The notes beneath the pieces were generated by a model. That model searched no databases. It saw nothing but the letters and a program-made list of their open reading frames with translations, and was not told where the DNA came from. Below are positions 1 through 13,411 of a stretch of DNA of 64,000 bases, piece by piece. The stretch is from Fimbriosthenelais zetlandica (Eukaryota), in NCBI GenBank assembly GCA_977030845.1, contig OZ365111.1, positions 47,988,001-48,052,000 on the forward strand, given 5' to 3'. The position numbers were made by a program, and so were the translations under genes. Positions within the stretch are counted from its first letter, which is position 1. The number at the start of each line of letters is the position of its first letter.

Positions 1-580
1 TGTCAGCAAGGTCAAAGCCACTGCCTTTAACTAAGCTCTGAGAGAGCTAATTTGTCATCTTGAGAAAATTAATATTGGCTTGAGATTGAAAAAAACCCAC
101 ACTGATGGTGAAGCTAATAAATCTTAACAAAGATCATAATCTCACAGTTAACCCAATGTCTTGAAACATGGCAGAATGAAATTATTTTTCGTTTCAAATT
201 AATTTCTATTGCTCATAGGCTATGAAGACCTGTGCATTCGAAGGGAAATTAAGTACATGTAGAGTTACTTCAGAAGTTGTCTCTATTGCAGAAATGGCCT
301 TATTTTTTATTTCTGGCCAGAAGCTTTCATGTCTCTAAGATAATGAAATCTGACTACTTTGTCGTGACAAGGAAACTGACTTATAGTCACACTGGCCAGT
401 CATGTCTCATTTTCATGTGCACGTCATGTCTTATGAAGACATAGCACCTGTGACTCTCTGATTCCTCCAGCTTTGCCAATAAGGCGATTCTGCTGTATAT
501 CCTTCACACAGATAATATAAGAACCTTGTGCCTTAGTCACTGACGGCTCAAGGCACACTGTCCATAGAGATGCTTGGCAG

Positions 581-688
581 AACTGACCAAGATTCGTCAT
601 GTGAAAGATGTCGAGTGTGGCACTGAGGAATCAGGTGCTACTGTCTCTCTAGGAACGACGCCAAACTTTGAAGAATCCCACATCAAAG
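581..688 (+). CDS. Weak candidate internal coding exon (108 nt, phase 1-1)
   Basis: GGCAG|AACTG acceptor with a poor pyrimidine tract and an AAAG|GTAAGA donor at 689. The frame is open: (E)LTKIRHVKDVECGTEESGATVSLGTTPNFEESHIK(G). No family recognised. Confidence 0.15.
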
Positions 689-2310
689 GTAAGAGGTATC
701 CCTCATTGACGCAAAGACATATGGGCACAGGTATCAGTGATCGTAAACTCCTACTTAGATCTGGTCTCATCTAGGACAGTGGGAGGAGTTTATAGCAGAT
801 GAGCCTAGGTTGTCATCAGCCTTCAGTAAGGACATGTGGCAGACAGTTAATACGTTTTTCTGATGTTCTTCTGCTGGGATTACTGACTCTTGCATTTGGC
901 AGCATGATGTCCTGACTTGTAAAGATCGTAGCCCGAGGGCAAAGACATCGTGGTTAGACTTGGTGTTCGTGGAATAGGAGTACATCTTTCCTCCAAGGCT
1001 GCCACCGTCTGTCTATCAAATATAAAGAACCTTGATTCTGCACTTTTTCCAAAGGATGTGAAAAACGTAGGAGCTCGAACTATTTTCTTTTAAAATGTAT
1101 GCATGCACTGGAGGAGTAAGAACAACGTTACTCTCCTCAGGCATTTCCAGCTCCTCCAGGATACGTTTGAAGAAGCAAAACATTCTGCTTGGTTCTGCTT
1201 AGGATGTTAAAATAATATTCCTTTCTTTACATCAGCGACATGAAGTTGCTTTTGCCCATTACATCATGCCTTGGTGTTGCTCTTTGATTCTGTCGATAAG
1301 AACCGTTCGAGGGGCAATGTTCCAACGTGTGGAGGCCGGTTAGCCACAGGCTAAACATTAAGCAACACAAAGACAGTGACATCTGAGGCTTTGATGTTTG
1401 TGGCAAGTTTTCTTTGACAGTTCCCCAATAATGGCATTGTTCCACAGAAATCCCATTTATTCCGTTACAGCGCATGCAATGCGTTCTTTTTATGGATCTC
1501 AGCTAATGCGAGGCCTTGGAGAGAGGTGAGCAGGTGATGCCAGGGTACCCGTCAGTCCTTGGCTCAGAAGTCTTGTCAAGTCCCTGTTGTGAAAACTCCA
1601 TCATGGTATCTGAAGAACGCAATGGTCAAGAAACCATTTGTTTCCTAATAATTTCAAATTTAGTACATTACTAGTACATTCAAAAGGGTGCTGCGGGTAA
1701 GGTACGTAGTTTCAGAAGGACCCTGCCTTGCAAAACATGGTGCAAAAACAATGAGAGATGGCTTTTACAATCACTGCAGTAATGATTACTGAACTTTTGA
1801 TTGGCATGAAAACATCATGCAAGTGATCATTGATTAAATTATCAATGAAAACATCCCAGTTTTAAAGGTCTGTTTTTTTGTGTGTCCAAAATTACAAGCA
1901 ATGCCTTAAATCCTTACAGAGATGGCCGTTTAACCATCATACATTTTCATTGTCTGGGCGGATACATCTGTCTCGGATGAGACCAACTGAAAAATCTGGG
2001 CATCAGACTGTCTTCAAATCAAGCATGAATCCCTCAATGCCAAAGATCCCGATTTAAGGCTCCTTTTAGCCTCTGTACAAGGTAGGCTGAGTCCTTTTGC
2101 CTCAGGCATTTTGGGAGCAGTTCAGAGGCCCCTTCTCAATCCCCCATCACCCACCGCTTCTCTCTTCTCTTACTAGATTCTCCCCCACCCTCAACATCCT
2201 TCAGTCAACCCTACTATACCTATACCTGGCTTTTATATTTTTGTTATTTGGCCGGGTTGCCTGGTCTGTATTTGGCCGGAGTCAATTAAGGTCAGCAGGC
2301 GTGATAATAA

Positions 2311-2366
2311 CACTGTGACACTGACACTGTCACATCACTGTCACTGTGACACTGGCACTGTCACAT
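2311..2366. repeat. Two tandem copies of a 25-bp unit with internal dyad symmetry
   Basis: CACTGTGACACTGACACTGTCACAT (2311-2335) and CACTGTGACACTGGCACTGTCACAT (2342-2366), with 1 mismatch. Each copy contains TGTGACA...TGTCACA. Confidence 0.8.
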
Positions 2367-5300
2367 CTGCAAGAGTCCTATAACTTATTATTGTTTTGGA
2401 AAGTCCATTCGACACTTGGTCGAACCTTATAGTTATAGACATTAAGCTGCTGTAGAACCCTCAGTGAATTAAGCAAGTAGCCCAGAGATCTGCAGAAATC
2501 TAAGCCAGAGAATGAATACATCCAGGGACAGCACCAATAATTCCCAACAATACCTTAAGCGATGTCAACCAAAAGCAACTGACAGAGACTCGATCCATGA
2601 TGAGACAGCATGAAGGAAGTCAGTAATGAGAGAAGGCCATGAGAGAAAACGATAACAAATAGATGACATTCGTGAGAATCCTGGACCTGATTGCAACAAG
2701 CGATAGCACAATTGTTACCATGGAACGAGACATGCACATTGACTCCCTGGTCTCTTAGAGGCTGGAACACCTTGACAACTCGCTTTACATCAACTTACAT
2801 TACAGTCACGGGATTCTTGTCAGAATTGATTATTTATGGCCAGAATCCATTGAGAAAATCATGATAAAGGAGACAGTTACATGATAGGAGGCAGAGATGT
2901 GGGAGTTAGGGAGGAAATTCACCTGAGACACCTAGCAATACGACATGACATCATTCTAAAAACAAGGTGTAAATTGGCAGGCTATGAGAATAATAAATCA
3001 TAGGCTCCTTTTGAAAAGAGCTGAAGATGTGCTAAAAGTGGTCCTTATTGGATATTTAATGTTAAATGTTGATATTAGAAAGTTGCTCCGATTTGTGATG
3101 TCAAAATTGGAGAAATCATAACGGTAGAATTTAATTGTATCAGGGAGACGAATGTATTATTTAAAATGCTCCCCTGGGGACTTTTCATGTATATTCCAAG
3201 CTCACAGGCTGCCTCCGGTCCTTACCCATGGAGCTGAATCTTGGGTCACCCCTCATCATCCGATTAATGCCACCAATTGCCTATGAAACATAATTAATCT
3301 CATCACAGTGATTAGCTATTTAGCAGGCCTCTCTAGCTCTCTGCTCCACTGGTGCACACAAATTGCAATAATCATCCGAGTAGAAGAAAGGCTCAGAGAG
3401 GGGGCACCCTGCTACCCCTCTTGCCTATAAATTACCTACATCATCTTGGCAAAGGGCGACCGCACTCGCTTCTTCAAAACTACTCTACTTGTCATAAGGC
3501 CATTACATCACAATTTATGTGTCACTGGTCTTTGCGGTTGGAATCATTAATTTCTCGCGCTTGAGGAGGGCCATAATGCCAACCGTCCTATCACCCCAGC
3601 AACATGCTGCGAACATCAAGTAATCGAGTCTTTTTTACCATGCCATTCTCATCCCAGTCTTTTCTGCTAGAATGAGTATAACAGTTAATAATCATCTCGG
3701 TTTTTTGTTTTTTTGTGCTGTTTTTCAAGAGAATAACCATCATGCAGCACCATGTTGGTGATGTGACCTGTTAAGTGAATGGCCTTCATAAAGACTGAAG
3801 GTTTTTGGGGGATTGGTTTATAGGATGGTTTACTACTGAAAGGAGACTGTAGTGTACACAATTGTTTTCAATTCTACTGTTTTTTTTTATAGGATTTTTG
3901 TTCCATTTTTCAGGTATTTTACAAGATATGAGGCTTTCTTTTCCTTCGATATTTCAAAATGGAAATTTCGTATTCAATAGTTTTATCAATTCTCCAGGCA
4001 GCCACTTTTTCATTTTAATAATTAACAGCCTATAGACCCCATTATTATAGATCCCGGTACATCATTACTGAAAATAGACCATGCAGTTTAACTAGTTATA
4101 AATTGCCGTTGTCGTTCATGGCATCATATTAAATTCAGCACTACATGCCGGCATTTAATAGAACCACATGGGTTCATTCTCATAAGTCCAAGAACTAGCC
4201 CGAGAATCATAATAAAATGGAAGATTAAACCATAAAAATGCCCGAAAGCTGTGGATAGGAAAGTACCACCATGGTCAATATTGTCAAATCTCTCATTTGT
4301 TTCTCATTAGGAAATAGTTTACACGGTGCCAGCATCGTCCGTGGGTGAGGTTTTTGAATGGATATTAGTTCATTAAGTACTTGATTAGCTTGAGAGAATG
4401 GCACCGCCACGACAGCCAATTTTTCCATGAACTTTGCTGACCCTGGAGGTTTGTGGAGTGATGGATAGATCTGGCCTCCAGGGCATTAGAGGCTGCTGGC
4501 ATACTACTGGAGAATGGCTAGAGATGCTCTACACCGGAGACTACTTGGAGGACATCTATCTTAAAGGATACATCTAATCATTGCCAAAAGGCAATGATCA
4601 ATCCATGAAGATAACGGTTAGTATACCTTTAAAATGTTTGAAAATCTCTCATATGTTACTTGGGCTTTCAGCATTGGAATAGGTGGAAAATGTGTGCGTT
4701 AAATACAAATTGAAGGCCTAATTATATTTTCTGTTTAATGACCTAAAAGCACCCATTTGGAAAATTCAACACTGCATTGACTTAATTTATCTGAGCCTCG
4801 TGTTAAATGTTACTGCACAGCACACAATATAGATTATCACTTTAATTCCAAGTCTGAGTTGTGGAATTTAATGCACGAAATCATATCGTTTAACAATAAT
4901 TTACCGAAGGAGCTCACATTGAACAATATACCCCCATGTTAGCCTCGAGATATGATCGACCCACATGCAATGCATCTTTTCATGATCCACCAGATGGATC
5001 GCACTTTTTCTTGTAATAAAATATCAAAATATGCGCAAAACTTCTTGTGTTTTAGAAGAAATAAATTAGAGGACAAACAAGGCCAAACTTTGACATGTCA
5101 CTCTGATAGCAGGTATCATCCCAGCGTCCATCTTTTGTGTTAAAAGTTCTATTATAAGAATTGTAGTTGAGAATGTATTTTTCTAATTAAAAAGATGGAT
5201 TTTTAAGAGTTTTGTTATAAGAGTGCTTGGCGTCTGTTGTGGTATTGTAGCATGTGACTTGTGACATGGCATACCAGCAGGTAGGCCACCTCAGCCCCCC

Positions 5301-7642
5301 GAGGCCCACCAATGAAAATAGAGGACAGACTCCACATGTCATCCATTTGACATTTAAATGGCTGAGGAGAAACTAACGGCATCCCCCTTTGTGCCGAGGA
5401 GCCATAATATGAATCAATTATCCATAAATTTCAATATAGCCATTAAGTCTTGAAATGTACAATTGTGTCCAACTGACTTAGAAAATAGGAAAGTTCATTA
5501 TGTGCAAATGTAAGGACTTCTCTCAATTCCATTGCACCTAGGGAACCATTTTTACATGGTCTTTAAATTATTGTCTCGGAAAATATGATAAATGCCTAAG
5601 TTTAATAGGTGAAACAAAGGTAAAAGGTCATTAAACATTTGTGTTTCTCATGTCAAAAAACAGGTCATCTTTCCATTGTTAAGGGGAGGATCCAGCATTT
5701 CGGAAGCGGGGTTAGGTTTGTGGCTTGGTACATACTTTGAGCGACAAGAAATCATCTCCGACCCCCTTGGACAACAGCACCCCCATCCGCCCTTGTTATT
5801 TCCCCCAATGTTCTAGTGCCAGTTTTAATAGTACCACTATAACCATCATCTTCATCTTCCGTTTCATGGGCCGTATATGCCCATCAGACATCAGCCTCCC
5901 ATACTCTCCATGAAGTCATGCGGGCGGGGGATGAAACATGGATGTGTAACTTACATCAGTGGATCCACCCCCCACCCCCCCCCCCCCCCCCCCCACCCCA
6001 ACAAACACCTGTGTACTGTACATCCTGCAGGTGATCAAATCTTAAAACAAAGAGCTGCTGGAGCCATGGAAGCTGCCTACTGCCCCCCAATCCTCCCCCA
6101 GCCACCACCCTCAGCCCTTAGATGGAATTCTATTCATGCCCACTACCAGCTGCCCATTGCCTTGTTTGTCTACTTAAAAATGTGGCTGGAATTTGTCATG
6201 CTGGGTCATGTACATCTATAGCATGCAGGCTGGCCTTGTACTGCATGCCTCTACAAATATGACTTAAACCCCATCTTCATTACATCTTTCCATCCTCTCC
6301 AACCATTCTTTTTGCTGCAACTCTGCCACTTCTTTGACTTCCCCTACCTACCCCTGAGCTAGATCAATCCTATATCCATGTATACATGGGTGGAGAGGAT
6401 ACTATGTGCATGCATAAAATCAATCATATGAATAGGATTTACACTTTGAAATTGGTACTTTCACTAAGTTAGAATTAAGTATAAGAATTTTACAGTATTG
6501 GATTAGCCACTCCGACATTGATGCAAAAGTTGACAGTCACGGACCAGAAGTGACAGCGGTGAGGTATATTACCAGATGACAAGTAAAATTATGCAAGATC
6601 ACTTGCTGGAAAAGGTGAAAGATAGGCTAAACATAACACCCTGATAATGTGAAAAATTGATGTGCCATAAAGAAGTAAAGTTATATAATATGGATAATCA
6701 AGAAGCATGTACAGAGTCATGGGACGATCATTGACTGTCAAAGGCTTGGTGGGAGACACCCATTATTGTGTCCAGCAAGCAGGGTAATTAAAGTAACATT
6801 CACATGATGTGATGAAGAACCCCCTGTATAGGGGCAGTAAGCATGAGAGCGAGCTCAGAAGCAGGTGACTCAGACATCATTTAAAACATACCCTGGATTA
6901 CAGTCGCTGCCGCCTGACCCCATGCACATGACAAAAGCCATTATCGATCAACCATGATAGGATCTTGTGGGCCGCACCTGTTGCTGGAGTAAATATGCAA
7001 AGAGCATCTGTAACCAATAGATGCGAGGCTTCATCAATGAGATGATATTTGCCTTTCTGTTTCTGGATGCGAAGAGAAGATTAACATCGATCATTCTTAT
7101 CCAGAAAATCAAGCGCGCGAGCGAATATTAAAAAATAGAAAGCGATTAAATGGAAATGTTTGAATGAGGTGGGCTCGGAATGGATGTGGGTCTATGGGAT
7201 TGGGGTCTCTCAGCCTTGAAGCTAATCGTTGGATGGATCATTGGGTCAGTATATAATGTACACTCCTGGTAAAGTAAAATATAATGTACTATGAAATGTG
7301 GAGTGGGAGGAAATGGAAGAATTTTGAGGCATATTAAAAAAGGTACGAATTGAGGATGGAAGTAGTGTTAAACTAAAGACAGGTAGAACTATCAAATATT
7401 TTGAATCGGAATGAAGACAATTGAGGTGTTAATTAAGGGTAATCATGACCCGGTATTCAAAGGGAAAGGATTGGAAGATGGGCTCAGGAATGCAATGAGT
7501 TCAGACCTGCATGAATGCATAAGTAATAGCGCCATTAGTCCGGACGTTTGCCACATCTGCCATCCCAGTTTATCTCTACAAAATGTCACCCTGACCTCAT
7601 GCTTAAGCTGATGCAGAAAAACTCAACCCTTTTCACCTAACT

Positions 7643-7850
7643 CCATCCATCCATTCGTTCAGCCACCCATACATCCATCCATCCACCCCACCAATCCATC
7701 GAGCCAGCTAGCCACTCAATTCTTCTATCTATTCATCCAGCCAGCCACCTCGCAATCCATCCATCCATCCATCCATCCATACCCTACAGCAGTCCATTCA
7801 TACACCCAGCAACCCATCTATCCTACATACATCCATCCACCGTACATCTA
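7643..7850. repeat. Degenerate (ATCC)n microsatellite
   Basis: Runs of ATCC/ACCC/AGCC, with the purest run at about 7756-7780. Confidence 0.85.
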
Positions 7851-8282
7851 CCAGTCCCAACTTCCAGCAATCAACCATTACAAGACTGCCTTGATTGCTC
7901 CACCAACAATCAATACTAAAGTCAACTCATTCCTTAATCACTCCTAACTGCACTCCGACTTTAAAATATTACATTCACTGCATTTAGCTTTTTGCCCTGA
8001 CCAGACAAAGGTCCAATATTAAATGCCTATTACGTCAAGTTATATATGGAGAGTGACAGGGTAGGATAATAGGGTTTTGTACGGGAATTGTTGTCATTAT
8101 TATTGTGTAAGGCGGTTATTCTCAATCTTCTAAATTAAACGCTGCCATTCATGGGCTGTAGGTTGATGGATATCAATATGGCGGCTGACGGTCAGTGGTG
8201 TCCTAAGGGGATTAAGCGCTAATCGGATGTCATCTACAGTGTCTACCGTCATCTTATGACAGTACCCTGCTAGGCTAACCGC

Positions 8283-8547
8283 TACAGTGCTCCCCCACAA
8301 CAGACCTCACCCCTAAAGCGACCACCCTTAAACCGACCATGTTGTTCATGAGCCTGTTTCAAAAGGAATTAGCCATAGACTTAGCATTGCTAATATTTCT
8401 TTTGAAACAGGCCCCTAGTCCCATTTGTCTCTTATGTTTAAGATACCCCTTGAAGCGACCACCTTCTTATAGAGACCACTTTTGGTCAGTCCCAAAGGTG
8501 GTCGCTTTAGGGGAGGAGCATTATAGCATAGAGATCGGTGTACTGTA
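8283..8547. mobile_element. Tc1/mariner (pogo/Tigger-like) MITE, diverged
   Basis: Ends are TACAGT (8283) and ACTGTA (8547), giving a TA duplication. There is a perfect 17-bp inverted repeat, CCCCTAAAGCGACCACC (8310-8326) / GGTGGTCGCTTTAGGGG (8497-8513), and internal GCGACCAC/GAGACCAC repeats. No coding capacity. Confidence 0.7.
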
Positions 8548-11500
8548 GGCGGAGGAGGGATAGTACAGAGGGATGGAAAAGAGTACAGTGGCCTTGAATA
8601 AGGAATGGGAGAACAAAATGAATCACAAAAAACTGCAGAAGAATTTAAGACGGAAATAGCGAGGGGGAAATGTATGGTTGATGATGGTTTAAATAATGGT
8701 TCTAAAATGTTTAAAAAAAACTAAATAAAAAGGGATCAAGTAGACAGAGATGGTGTGGCATATTATGGACGGTGAAGGTGATGGAGAGAGAAGATGGACG
8801 CTATCACAGCTGTTTATCTCTGACTGCGAGCCTTGTCGCCTTGATGACCCATTGGGTTTAGCTGGCAAGCCTGGTCCTGGTAATGATGCCATTGGCTCAG
8901 TCTCAGACAAGAGATGAATTCACAAATATATATGGCTTGGCTTGATGTAAAGAAACAATGGACAATTACACCTATCTGACAGTGATGCCATGCAGAGGGT
9001 GGGCAAGGAAGAAGAGCTGAATGGAGAAAATGAAACATGTGCAAATTATATGCATGTTACTGGCCAGGGGAGAGAAAGGGAATTCGAAAAGCAGGGATGA
9101 TGTTGGGGATGGGGAAAGAAGGGAGGGAGGAGTAGCCATTCCATGGGACATAAAAATCTTGATGAGGGATATTGGATGCTGTTGCAGAGAACAGTCAATA
9201 AAACGGTGGATAGACCAATAAGTCTGCCCTTGGTGTGTTGGATAGCCTTAAATCCATTGTAGGCTACAGGATGGCACCAGAATAAGTCACCCTTACTCCA
9301 GGGGAAATATAGATCTATTCAGTCATTAGAATATATACGCATTTCACGGGATATACCGCCTAAAAAAGGCGTTTGTACAATGCTTTGACGTGGCATTCAT
9401 TTTTGGGATTTGAAATACATTTCCAGAAGAGAGTGTTGCCCTTGACACTTAACAATGCGTTAAACAGAGGACAATCAACAATTCATGGTATGAAACCCAT
9501 TTGAGACCGGTAGGAGGATACCTCCAGGGCAGATTCTCCATCAGCCTTGGTTCCAGCCTCCTCCTCCTCCTCCTCCCCTTTCTCTCACCCTCTATGTATC
9601 CAGACAGGCACACTGCAGTAGTAAAGGGAGAAGTATGGCTTGCCCATCCCGGTCGACACCCATTTATTCCAGCAGGCCATCCCTGGTACAATAATGATGA
9701 TGTTATAAGTAGAGACTGATAACAATTGCCATAATTTCACTCTGGATCGGCGTCTCTCCTGTCCAAAGCAGTGCGTCTAGATAGATAAGGCTTAGCGAGT
9801 GCCGGTGATTGGTAGAGATTAGGCCCCGCTCCGATCCTCCACCGGGATCTGATAACTCCAATCCCTAATCATCTTTACCGACATGCAAATGGGCAGCTCT
9901 ATTTATGGCTTGATCTGACAGATCTTTTTGATCCTCTTATCCTCTGGATTTTATTATTTTCACAAGAGACAGAGGGAGAGAATGAGGGGCGTGGAGCAGA
10001 AGACCGAGGCAGCAGGTCTGTCTTTGGAAAGAAACGATCCTCGGCGAGTAAATAGCGGAGAAATTAAATTCGCAGCGATGAATTAAGATGCCTGCGTGCA
10101 TGAATGATCCCCAAGGCAGGGGAGAAGGAGAGAATAAATATCACAAATGGCACGATTACGTGAGCACGGGAAGAGATTGGGAGGTTTTTTGTGTGTGACC
10201 AGCTCTGCAGTGTTGGCGGTGGCTGGTGCTGGTAGTGGGGGGTCCTGCAGCAGCTCTGCAAGGCAATTGCAGCAGAAGATGGAGGTTGCAGCAATGCAGG
10301 CTGGGGAGGCTAACAGAAAACATGGCCACCACTGGGTTCTGGTGCCTTCAACACGCAACAATCTTTTGTTCCCAGGCCTGAAAACAGGAAAAGTGCATTT
10401 AAGGAAAATGGTACCCTCCCCAGAACGAAATCCGGGCATTTACAACACGTGGAGAAGAAAGTGACACCGTGGAACACGGAATTGATGCATGTCAACAGCC
10501 ATTTCTCATGATCGCTGCTAGGTGAAAGAAAACTCCACTTTTAAATGACAACAGGCACCCCTCTTTAAAGGCGGAAAACACTTTGGTGTAAATAAACGCC
10601 AGTGTCTGAATTCTAACGTGTTCGGGGCTATGATTATGTCCAGCATATCATCTTTTAATTAGCTTCCTTTTCAAAACCGAAAACGAATAGCAGTCTTTAT
10701 GCTGAAAATTGCCTGTAAACGAAGTTTTGATTGGCTTGATTGGTATCTTTCTTGCTCGGACACATAACTGAAAAATCAACGAAATATGTTGAGATTAATG
10801 GTTCTGGGTGTAAGGATTTTGGAAAATGAACTCCGAATATACTACAAAAATGGTAAAATATAGGTGGGATATCTTCTAATAGAGCTGTTGCTTCCAGTCC
10901 AATCTACTGTCAAGAACATGTGTCGCAAGCACTGATGCAGGGTCTGGGCTTCAATATCCAACAATGTAAATTGAGTGTACATAGAGAACAGAGAGAACTG
11001 TGCTGCCCCCTATTAGGCGTATACATAACAGTAGGTTCTGTTGCTGTATACACTGCAAGGCACATTTTGTTGCACGGAGTGGCCCGGAGCTGCTACTCAG
11101 AGAACATATGTTCACCCCTTACTATGAAAATGGGTACGTTTTTGTATCAAAAGTAATGAGAGTAAAATGAAAGTTAAGGGGCTATTTTTCTGACCTAACT
11201 GACTGGCAGAGAGGTATATATTGAAAAATGAATTGAATATTGGACTAACAATATGGTGTCCAAATGTTACCCACCCAACACTCCTGATTGCATCATGAAT
11301 CATTCCATGGAATTGCATAAAGTTTTCTCGATATTCACACCTAATAATTATTGTCTAAATTCAATAATTTGCCATTTAGTGTTATCCACTGGCCGACCTT
11401 TCCAACTTTCAATGTCAAGTATAAAGGTCTTCAGATTACGTTTGAGCATCATTTAGTTTCAGACATGCCCGAGTGAATTTACAGCTTGCAAAATACAGTA

Positions 11501-13327
11501 TCTCGCCTTCAATCTATGCAACTCCGTTTCGCCTGCCGCTGCCATATGCTGACGATCAATAGTGTTTGCGCAGGTAGTTCTTAAACTCCATTCTGCGATG
11601 GTTTCTCCCGATAAAAAGCGGCCCATCAATTCCGGCGAGTGCAACATCTGCTAGGCCCATTTATTTGATAACGTGGAGAAGCGTATCGACTTTTATTTGT
11701 GACAAGATTTCACAATATGGCATTTCGAAGAACGATATTAATCGTAGGCCGTGCACGGAGAGGAGGAAGAAGAAAGGTTTTTGGAGACTGAAAAGCCAAT
11801 ACTGCCTTCGACTCATAGCACCTGAACAAACTAAGATGGGCAAAGCAGGTTTATTCCTCGTCCAGAGCTGCTCTAAACTGGATCAAAGCGCCCTGGCAGG
11901 GCAGCCTTATACTCTCATTATTCCTGATGCATGGGATGAATATATATACTACAGGAATTCAAATATGGCACAATCGATAAATCAAGATGGAGGAAAGTTG
12001 GAGATTTATAACTGGTTCAGAATAAAAGGGAGATATATTTTCTTATTGGCCCATAACCTTCAGCTATTTTTGGTACGTGGCAGACAGTTGGGGCCTTTTA
12101 GACCCACTCTGGGATTGCCTTATGGGTGGGTGCGGCCCAGACGACATTTGGTGGCGATCTTGGAGTTTGCAGGCTCTCGCCTGTGGAACGAGGTTTGGTT
12201 GTGCGCATGCTCAATCGATCAACAGATGGCAAATAGGGCAATGCTGGCGGTCAGTGTATCGTGTTGTGCCTGTATGCAGAACTCGGTCCACACACCCTTT
12301 TCCTTGTCCCCACACCAGATGCTTTCATTCAAAAATTGATGTCCATGTACAAATGGAAATGCAGAAGTTGATGTATGACACCCACGACAACTATCATTAT
12401 AGGATTCGATTTTGCAATAAGCAGAAAACAGGTTTGCCAGGAGCAGGCTGTGACATCTCTTCTGACTGTATGTGCAGAAGCGGTTAAGACCAATCAAAAG
12501 GTTTTGCCAGAACACTTTCACTCCCTATGCCAATGTAAATGAATAAAATTCATGATTGAACTATGTTGCATCAATTTGTAATGTATCATTTGAAACAACA
12601 ATAGCCTAACAGCCAGAGTTACTCTGTCATGTTCTCCTTCATGTTCCATGGCCATTCCTTCCAGCTCTGGTATACACAAGAGAAAAGAAACCCAGGGCGA
12701 CCTTGGTGCCACTGAGAAACCTAACCCCTGGCCTTTCTTCAGAGACGAGAGGCCATATTACCAAAGGGCTTGGTCCAGTGGTACAAAGACAGGGAGAAGG
12801 AAGCCAAGGTGAGGGGGGTACACGAGAGAGGAGGTAAGATCAAACAAGGTGTATAACCTCAGCTGCACTATCTCCTCTTCCTCTCATTCCCGCATGCTCC
12901 TCTGGTCCTTCTTTGCATCTATTGTTATTCATTTCCCGTTTGCTCTACCCTTTTGACTTTCTGATTTAATATGCGTTTTCTTCTTATTGTTCTCCATCCA
13001 TTCTTTACAGGGAAATTGGTTTACAATTTAAATGAGTGTTTATGACTCAATAATCTCGATCATTAAATTCAAAGCTTTGATTATAGATGAACTTTAAGCT
13101 TTACTGAACGACCTAAATGTCTTTTCGCTCAATATACTTTCTTTTCAATTAATGGCTTGCACCATTGCACACACACAACTGGCTTCCAACCCAACACTAC
13201 ATCGACTCCATATTTAATTAAGTCTAATTGCCAATCAATAAAAGACACTGATGTAAAAGCTGGGGTCGGAGAGGGGGAAATATTTGGGCCATTCTCTGTG
13301 AAATTCAATCATGTTTTCCTTTCGTAG

Positions 13328-13368
13328 AATACATTGTACAGTTTCTCTCATCCGGGCAGCGGAGGCAG
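13328..13368 (+). CDS. Candidate 41-nt micro-exon (coding status unknown)
   Basis: Strong acceptor TGTTTTCCTTTCGTAG| and consensus donor CAG|GTGAGT at 13369. All three frames are open. Confidence 0.3.
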
Positions 13369-13411
13369 GTGAGTGAATTGAGCATGCTGGGCTGGGATCA
13401 ATGAAGGGCTA

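Noticed and set aside
10565-10870. Kolobok-like start TTAAAGG followed by repeat-like sequence
   Set aside because: No matching inverted end was found.
11665-12339. Longest listed ORF (224 aa)
   Set aside because: No recognisable domain, atypical composition, overlapped by ORFs in other frames and no flanking splice logic. Likely a chance ORF.
12771-12781. tRNA A-box-like TGGTCCAGTGG
   Set aside because: No B box or cloverleaf follows.
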